IMG/VR virus record: IMGVR_UViG_3300031953_000021
Span: 1 to 52,029 of that record
DNA: 52,029 nucleotides
Source of the DNA: a virus
Taxonomy: Duplodnaviria > Caudoviricetes
Direction: 5' to 3' (one strand)
Part shown: positions 46,083-52,029 of the stretch, piece by piece
Position numbering within the stretch: position 1 is the first letter of the stretch
Layout of the letters: each line of letters begins with the position of its first letter
Made by a program: the position numbers and the translations under genes
The notes under the pieces: model-generated
What the model was told of the DNA's origin: nothing
The model's database searches: none
Seen by the model: only the letters and a program-made list of their open reading frames with translations

Positions 46083-46160
46083 TCCATCGGACTAGACAAC
46101 AATCTTCCACTCAGCTAGAGTTGGATCACCTGAAACAATGCTCTTGGAAAGGAGCCCCCA
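46082..46160 (+). promoter_or_regulatory. Promoter/RBS cassette M (divergent)
   Basis: GTCCATCGGAC-TAGACA-N17-TAGAGT-TGGATCA..TGGAAAGGAG. Confidence 0.75.
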
Positions 46161-46522
46161 ATGAAGAACGCAAAAGACGGCGCGAACTATGTGCGCCAGC
46201 AAAAGGGCCACAGCCTGACGAAGCACCTGCTTCTCGGATGGGCCGTGTTGTATATCCCCACGATCTACTATGCCGCCAGCCCAAACCACTACTTCCACGC
46301 ATAGGCGACAGCATGAAGATCAAGACGCTTATCAGCCAGTCCCGCCGGGACTTCACCGCTGACTACGAGTGCGAGAGTTGCGGCAACGTGGAGCGTGGCA
46401 CTGGCTACGATGACGCCAACTTTCACCAGAACGTAATCCCCTCAATGAAGTGCAAGAAGTGTGGCGTTGTCGGCGGCAAAGTCACCTCTTCACCGACCGT
46501 ACCGGCAGGAGTAACACTGTGA
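46161..46522 (+). other. Small genes 46161-46304 (hydrophobic, 47 aa) and 46313-46522 (Zn ribbon)
   Basis: MKNAKDGANYVRQQKGHSLTKHLLLGW..; SQSRRDFTADYECESCG..GYDDANFH..VIP.MKCKKCG. Confidence 0.6.
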
Positions 46523-47526
46523 TCGGACTAGAGCAGAGCGAGGACGGGCGCACAGCGTTCGCCACCGCCAATATCAACGCATGGCACCGCCTCGGCACCA
46601 CGACCGTAGGCTGCATGACCGCTGAGGAGGCTCTGATCAAAGCGCACCTGAACGACTGGGAAATCACCAAGCAACCAGTGTTCGCGAAGGTCGGAGACGA
46701 ATACGTGGAAGTGCCGAACAAGTGGGCAACCGTCCGCAACAACCCGTTCAACGAAGGCCAGCATGACGCTCTCGGCGTCGTCGGTCGCTATTACGAGCCA
46801 GTCCAGAACGAGGACGAAGCGGAGCTACTGAACACGTTGGTCAGTGAGTCCGGCGCGCACTTCGAGACTGCTGGATCGCTTGACGGCGGCAAGCGGGTGT
46901 TCATCACGATGAAGCTCCCTGACACCGTGTTGTTCAACGGGCTAGGTCAAGACGAGCGCACCGAGTTGTACCTGTGTGCGCTCGACTCGAAGGATGGATC
47001 GTCGTCGTTCCAGTTCGTCGTCTCGCCGATCCGGTGGGTGTGTGCGAACACAGTCGCGGCGGGGCTTGCTTCAGCCAAGGCACGGTTCTCGGCACGGCAC
47101 ACGAAGAAGTCGGCCAAGGCCCACGTCCTCGAAGCACGCCGCATCCTTGGGCTGACGTTCCAGTACACCGACGAATTGTCGTTGCAGATCGAGCGACTGT
47201 TGGAGCAGGAGTACAGCAACCAACAGTTCCAGCGACTCACGGCATCGTTGTACCCGACGCCAGCGGGCCTCGACCCGAAGTCGTCGCGGGCAATCAACCA
47301 GCAGGATCACCGGGACACGCTCCGCACGATCTGGAACGAGTCGCCGACGCTGGACAACATCCGTGGCACGAAGTGGGGCGCGTACAACGCTGTGACCGAA
47401 TACGTCGACCACTATCACCCCATGAAGGGCGCGAAGGGTCGCGATCCGGAAGTGTCGCGAGCGCTTCAGGTTGTGTCGGGAAAATCCGACGGGCCAAAGA
47501 AGCGAGCGTTTGCGCTACTGTCCTAA
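46519..47526 (+). CDS. DUF932/DUF945 (TIGR03299-like) phage/plasmid protein
   Basis: AWHRLG..LGVVG..YEPVQN..FETAGSLDGGKRVF..PIRWVCANT..GTKWGAYNAVTEYVDH. Confidence 0.9.
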   Translation: MIGLEQSEDGRTAFATANINAWHRLGTTTVGCMTAEEALIKAHLNDWEITKQPVFAKVGDEYVEVPNKWATVRNNPFNEGQHDALGVVGRYYEPVQNEDEAELLNTLVSESGAHFETAGSLDGGKRVFITMKLPDTVLFNGLGQDERTELYLCALDSKDGSSSFQFVVSPIRWVCANTVAAGLASAKARFSARHTKKSAKAHVLEARRILGLTFQYTDELSLQIERLLEQEYSNQQFQRLTASLYPTPAGLDPKSSRAINQQDHRDTLRTIWNESPTLDNIRGTKWGAYNAVTEYVDHYHPMKGAKGRDPEVSRALQVVSGKSDGPKKRAFALLS

Positions 47527-47575
47527 CAGACTCCCTTGCTGGTGCCCATCCCCCAGATGCAGCAGTGAGGTGAGC

Positions 47576-47614
47576 GAAGCCCTCCGGTATTCCAGTACCG
47601 GAGGGTTTCTCTTT
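47576..47614 (+). terminator. Terminator ending the early/accessory region
   Basis: GAAGCCCTCCGGTA/TACCGGAGGGTTTC then TCTTT. Confidence 0.85.
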
Positions 47615-47776
47615 GCCCGGAGACAGGCGACGACAGGTTCGGTGATCCACTAACACCCGGTTGGTGGGTCGGTGGCCGGAGACAGGCATACGCGGTGCAT
47701 ATCGGGGTGTGCAAACGACACGCGGAGACGCGAATCGCAGCGACCGCTGGACCGTGGCGGGCGGTAGAGTTGTGGC

Positions 47777-47944
47777 ATGGACATGAAGAAAAGCACACCG
47801 CAGGGTTCAGACTCGTGTGAGCGTACTCCTCTCGAAACGGCAGCGATTGCCTTGCACGAGACTTACCTAGCGCTGATTGCTGGCGACTTCACCGAGAAGC
47901 AAGCGCTCACGATCATCGCTCAGACGATTGCCGCTCGTGGCTGA
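47777..47944 (+). CDS. Small leaderless gene heading the portal operon (55 aa)
   Basis: TAGAGT-N6-ATG; ..AIALHETYLALIAGDFTEKQALTII..; overlaps portal GTG. Confidence 0.6.
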   Translation: MDMKKSTPQGSDSCERTPLETAAIALHETYLALIAGDFTEKQALTIIAQTIAARG

Positions 47945-49328
47945 CGACACCGGCGAGGACGAGTTCGGAGCGAAGAAAGTCCAAGTCACCTCAGAAATGG
48001 GTGTCTCAGGGCTGAAGCAATCCGGTGGACAGATCACCGAAGAATTCTTGCCCGCACTGCGCGGGATGCAGGGCCAGCGCGTCTATCTCGAAATGGGCGA
48101 AAACGACCCGTTGATCGGTGGAGCTCTGCTCGCTATGCGGGAAGTTGTGTCGCGGTTGGAGTGGAAGATCACCCCGCCGGAAGACCCGTCCCCGGCGGAA
48201 GAGGCACAGGCTAAGTTTGTGCAGGAGTGTCTGGACGACATGAGCGAGTCGTGGGATGTGACGCTCTCGGAAATCCTCTCGTGTCTGCAATACGGGTGGT
48301 CGTTCCATGAAGTCGTTTACAAGTCGCGACAGGGCCGCAATGCTGATCCTCGGATGCGGTCGAAGTTCAACGATGGTCGTATCGGTTGGCGGAAGTTCGC
48401 GATCCGCTCGCAGGAGACGCTGAGCAAGTGGAGCTTTGACGACGCCGGTGGTCTGAACGGCATGTTCCAGATGGACCCGAACGGCAAGAAAGGTCGAATC
48501 TTTATCCCCATCGAGCGGGCGCTGTTGTTCCGCGCCGCCGAACGCAAGGGCTCACCTGAAGGTCGGTCGATGCTGCGGAGTGCGTACCGCCCGTGGTACT
48601 ACCGCAAACGCTTTGAGGAGATTGAAGCTATCGGTGTCGAGCGCGACCTTGCCGGTATGCCTATGGCGTACGCTCCGGAGTCGTGGTTCACCGACCCAGA
48701 GCACTCGACTCAGTTGTCGCGCATCCGTGACCTCGTGACGAAGGCCCGCCGTAACGAGGTCGACGGTGGCTTGCTGCCCTCGATCTATGACGAGCACAAC
48801 AACCAGTTGTTGAAGTTCGAGTTGCTGGCTTCGCCCGGATCACGCCAGTTGGACACGACGGCAATCATCCAGCGGTGGAATACCGCTATCGCGACGTCGA
48901 TGTTGCAGGACTTCCTGACGCTCGGCCACGAGGGTGTCGGTTCGTTCGCACTGGGCAAGGCGAAGATCAGCTTGTGGCAGTTGGTAGTCGACTCGATTGC
49001 CAAGTCGGTGCAGGAAGTCATCAACCAGCACGCGATCCCGCGCCTGATGCGGCTCAACGGTTGGGACTCTGACCGTATGCCGACACTGGACTACGGCAAC
49101 GTGGTCGAGGAGGACTTGTCGATCCTTGGTGACTTTGTTGTCAAGATGGTCGACTCCGGTGTGATCGTTCCGGATGCCCGCCTCGAATCGTTCATGCGCG
49201 ATCTGGCAGAGCTTCCCCCCGCATCGCATGAAGTGTTTGACGACACCGAGTCGACGTTGCCGAAAACAGAGCCAGCACCGATTCCGATTGAGCCTGAACC
49301 GGCTGATCCTGTTGTGAGCCCGGAGTAA
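47937..49328 (+). CDS. Portal protein (DUF935/Mu gp29-like)
   Basis: EMGVSGL..EEFLPALRG..YGWSFHEVVYK..PEGRSMLRSAYRPW..EAIGVERDLAGMP..GSFALG. Confidence 0.9.
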   Translation: MADDTGEDEFGAKKVQVTSEMGVSGLKQSGGQITEEFLPALRGMQGQRVYLEMGENDPLIGGALLAMREVVSRLEWKITPPEDPSPAEEAQAKFVQECLDDMSESWDVTLSEILSCLQYGWSFHEVVYKSRQGRNADPRMRSKFNDGRIGWRKFAIRSQETLSKWSFDDAGGLNGMFQMDPNGKKGRIFIPIERALLFRAAERKGSPEGRSMLRSAYRPWYYRKRFEEIEAIGVERDLAGMPMAYAPESWFTDPEHSTQLSRIRDLVTKARRNEVDGGLLPSIYDEHNNQLLKFELLASPGSRQLDTTAIIQRWNTAIATSMLQDFLTLGHEGVGSFALGKAKISLWQLVVDSIAKSVQEVINQHAIPRLMRLNGWDSDRMPTLDYGNVVEEDLSILGDFVVKMVDSGVIVPDARLESFMRDLAELPPASHEVFDDTESTLPKTEPAPIPIEPEPADPVVSPE

Positions 49329-49330
49329 CG

Positions 49331-50368
49331 ATGCCGAAGCGCAAGGCTGTCCGCAAGGAGCGGATATACAGCGACGAGGTTGTGGAGCGGGAAGCAGCGA
49401 AGTTCGGTCGCGATCTGAACGACGCACTGAACGAGGTTGCAGCGTCGGCCCGGTCGGAGTCTGTGCTTCGCAGTATCCAAGCTGGGGATGCAGCGGCAGC
49501 GGTCGCAGCAGTCAACCTCGACCCCATGCGGTTAGCGATCGGCGGGCAGCAGGATCGGCTCGGTGGCGAGTATCTTCGGCAGGCACTTATCACTGCCGGC
49601 AAAATGACGGCACCGCAGGCGATCCTCCACTTTGACATGATCGAACCGCAGGCGGTGAACTACGCGGCGCAACGGGCTGGTGCGCTAATCAGTCATGTTC
49701 AGCAGCAGGTCCGCGACACCGTGAACGGGCTGGTTGTCGATGCGTTGCAGGGCGATTACACCGCGAGGACGTTGGCGCAGCAGATCGAGCGGGCAATCCC
49801 GTTGACGGCACGTCAGGCTCAGACAGCGAAGAACGTCTACACGAAAACGTTCGAGCGGTTGGTGGCTGAGGGCAAGAAGGTTGAGCGGGCTGAGTTGCTT
49901 GCACAGCGGGCCTCGGCGAAGTCGGCGGCGAATGCGTTGAAGTCGCGGGCGTCGGGCATTGCTCGCACAGAGTTGATGTCGGCGTCGAACGCGGGCCGGT
50001 TCTCGGGCTTCTCCTCGACTATCGCGTCTGGGCTGGACTCGAAGGAGTCTCGCAAAGAGTGGATCACCGGTGGCGACCCTTGCCCGATCTGTGACCCGCT
50101 GGAAGGCGAGACAGTTCAGTGGGATGAAGAGTTCTCGGTGGGACTGTTGATGCCCCCGGCGCATCCGAATTGTCGATGCGTTGGTGTATTCCTCCCCGGC
50201 AAACGGACTCAGAAGCAGCTACACCGCGACGGAACGTATTCGTTCGACCCAACACTCGGGCAGTCGATTCGGCTGGCTCAGATAAGCCGGGAATACATTC
50301 ACGGCCGTTTATCCAAAGTGGCCCACGATGAAGCGTGGGACAGTATTCTCAATTTCAGGAGGTTGTAA
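49331..50368 (+). CDS. MuF-like minor head protein
   Basis: IARTE..KEW..CPIC..PPAHPNCRC. Confidence 0.9.
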   Translation: MPKRKAVRKERIYSDEVVEREAAKFGRDLNDALNEVAASARSESVLRSIQAGDAAAAVAAVNLDPMRLAIGGQQDRLGGEYLRQALITAGKMTAPQAILHFDMIEPQAVNYAAQRAGALISHVQQQVRDTVNGLVVDALQGDYTARTLAQQIERAIPLTARQAQTAKNVYTKTFERLVAEGKKVERAELLAQRASAKSAANALKSRASGIARTELMSASNAGRFSGFSSTIASGLDSKESRKEWITGGDPCPICDPLEGETVQWDEEFSVGLLMPPAHPNCRCVGVFLPGKRTQKQLHRDGTYSFDPTLGQSIRLAQISREYIHGRLSKVAHDEAWDSILNFRRL

Positions 50369-51534
50369 TGCAAATCACACCAAAGGTCATGTCGACCAAG
50401 AAGGCGATCCAGTTCGTTGAGGGTTGGCAAACATCACCGCCAGTCTGGGCGGGCTATTCGGAGGAGGACACCGAGTCGACTATCAACGCGCTCGCTTCTG
50501 CTTTGGCTGAGGCAGTCGACGCGGGGTGGGAGACGGTCCAGATCACGTTGGACGACCTCGACATCCGGGTCGAGCCCGAAACCGGTGTGATGGTCGGCTG
50601 GGTTCTGCCTGACGACCTCGCGTTCCAGTACCAAGTCGACGGCGGCGAGACTGATCTGCATGTGACGGTCAACTTCCTTGGCGACCGTGATGACTTGACG
50701 GTGGAGCAGACGCGCATCCTGACCGGTGTTGTTGCTGAAGTCGCTTCGACTACCCCGGCGCTGTTTGGTGTGTTCGACGGCACTGGCACGTTCGAGAACG
50801 AAGATGCAACAGTCTGGTTTGCTGTTCCGCATATCGAGGGTCTGATCGAGTTCCAAGAGCGCATGTCGGCGGCGCTGAAAGATGCAGGCTTCGAGCCGCG
50901 TGAAGATCACGGCGCGTACACCCCGCACATGACGCTGGCTTATCTCGATGCTGGGGAGGAGCCGCCCGCAGCGACGATCCCCCGGTCGGTGCCGTTCCTG
51001 CTCCAAGCGATTACCGTGTCGGTCGGTGGCACTCGATTCGACGTCGAGTTTGCTGACAACTATGACGCCTACTGGGTGTTTCAAGAGGCGGAGTACGAGG
51101 CCAATCCTGAGATGTGGCGCTCACGTGGTTACGTCCCGTTCGTGAAGAGTGCTATTGAAGCACCGCGTCGGTTCACCCTCGGCCCTTGGTATATCCCGAA
51201 TGAGGTCGATGCTCATGGCGACTGGACTGATCCAGATTCGTTGCAGACTGCGCTGTGGGGGTACGTCCGTTCGGGCTATCGGACTGTTCGGCTTCAGCAC
51301 GCGCCGGACACTGAGGCAGGCGAGTGGGTCGAGGCGATGACGCTCCCGATCGCGATGGAGTTCCCGGTGATTGACGTGAACGGAAACGTTGCTTCGCACC
51401 TGTACCCGGCGGGCACTGTTCTGCTGGGCGTGGTGTGGGAGCCGTGGGCGTGGACGCTCGTGTTGGAGGGCAAGATCACTGGCTATTCAATCGGTGGGTC
51501 GAGCATGTTGACCGACGAGCAGCTTCCTGCCTGA
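50368..51534 (+). CDS. Fusion of 2H phosphoesterase and XkdF-like prohead protease
   Basis: HVT and PHMT 2H motifs; C-terminal YIPNEVDAHGD..LQH..GKITGYSIGG. Confidence 0.8.
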   Translation: MQITPKVMSTKKAIQFVEGWQTSPPVWAGYSEEDTESTINALASALAEAVDAGWETVQITLDDLDIRVEPETGVMVGWVLPDDLAFQYQVDGGETDLHVTVNFLGDRDDLTVEQTRILTGVVAEVASTTPALFGVFDGTGTFENEDATVWFAVPHIEGLIEFQERMSAALKDAGFEPREDHGAYTPHMTLAYLDAGEEPPAATIPRSVPFLLQAITVSVGGTRFDVEFADNYDAYWVFQEAEYEANPEMWRSRGYVPFVKSAIEAPRRFTLGPWYIPNEVDAHGDWTDPDSLQTALWGYVRSGYRTVRLQHAPDTEAGEWVEAMTLPIAMEFPVIDVNGNVASHLYPAGTVLLGVVWEPWAWTLVLEGKITGYSIGGSSMLTDEQLPA

Positions 51535-51605
51535 CATGAACCTTGGCGTGTCGAATTGCGACCGCCAACAACCGCGCCGTACCGTTGGCGCTGAAGGAGG
51601 CGGCT

Positions 51606-52029
51606 ATGACCGGCAAAATGACTAACCTCACTGTTCTCGAAACGAGCGGCGTGGATCACCCCGCCCATCTGCACGAGGGCTTTCTCGTGATGAAGGCCGC
51701 AGACCGTACACAAGCGGAAGCCGTTGTTTCGGCTTTCGGGAAGAAGGAGTCCACCGTGACTGAAAAAAGCACCGCCTCCTCTGTAACCGCAGAGGACATT
51801 ACCAAGGCTGTTGATAAGGCTATCCAGCCGATCCTCGACCAGCTTGCTGAAGGTTGGAAGTCGCTCCGTGACTTCGCTGAAAAGACCGACAGCGACACTC
51901 CCTCGGCTGAAGCTGCCGCAGCTACCGACGCACCGGCGGCTGATCCCGCTCTTGCTGCTGAGACGCAGCAGGAAATGGCGCTCTCCGCTGACGTGCTGAA
52001 GTCGGCACCGGAAGCAGTTATCAAGGCAA
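51606..52029 (+). CDS. Scaffolding protein, 5' part (continues at position 187 via the overlap)
   Basis: AAGGAGG RBS; N-terminal LETSGVDHPAH motif; second in-frame RBS and GTG at 51756. Confidence 0.75.
   Translation, partial: MTGKMTNLTVLETSGVDHPAHLHEGFLVMKAADRTQAEAVVSAFGKKESTVTEKSTASSVTAEDITKAVDKAIQPILDQLAEGWKSLRDFAEKTDSDTPSAEAAAATDAPAADPALAAETQQEMALSADVLKSAPEAVIKA
51844..52029. repeat. Terminal direct repeat (copy 2)
   Basis: Matches 1-186 with one mismatch. Confidence 0.95.

Noticed and set aside
15831-46160. Conserved flanks around a variable 17-18 nt core, resembling CRISPR repeat-spacer units
   Set aside because: Copies are dispersed rather than arrayed, the variable part is the -35/-10 spacer, and no cas genes are visible.

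Overview
The window looks like an essentially complete, circularly permuted genome of a tailed dsDNA actinobacteriophage (siphovirus-type). The unit length is about 51,843 bp, because bases 1-186 repeat at 51844-52029 with one mismatch. A very host-like SSB and the lysin style suggest a Microbacteriaceae host (inference). All credible genes are on the + strand. Order: scaffold, decoration protein, major capsid, head-tail proteins, two paralogous tail-tube genes, a -1 frameshifted tail chaperone, tape measure, minor tails, lysis cassette, then about 32 kb of replication, recombination and accessory genes. That stretch holds a Rep initiator with iterons, ERF, YqaJ, SSB, a cell-wall-anchored protein, a ParB-N/glycosyltransferase/MgsA-C trio, and TerS and TerL stranded among small genes. 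Portal, MuF and a 2H-phosphoesterase/XkdF protease fusion follow. I saw no integrase, DNA polymerase, tRNA or CRISPR array. The most notable non-coding structure is regulatory. Thirteen near-consensus SigA promoter cassettes carry a GTCWA-N6-TWGAC palindrome and mostly a CTGGAAAGG ribosome-binding site (RBS). Five other transcription units look leaderless. A promoter- and terminator-bounded structured RNA of about 135 nt (19372-19509) displays GGUUCCUUUCCAG, the exact complement of that RBS, so it is a candidate anti-Shine-Dalgarno RNA switch. A second copy of the Rep iteron/origin sequence lies almost opposite the first on the circle. All functional calls are from motif recognition by eye, not database searches.
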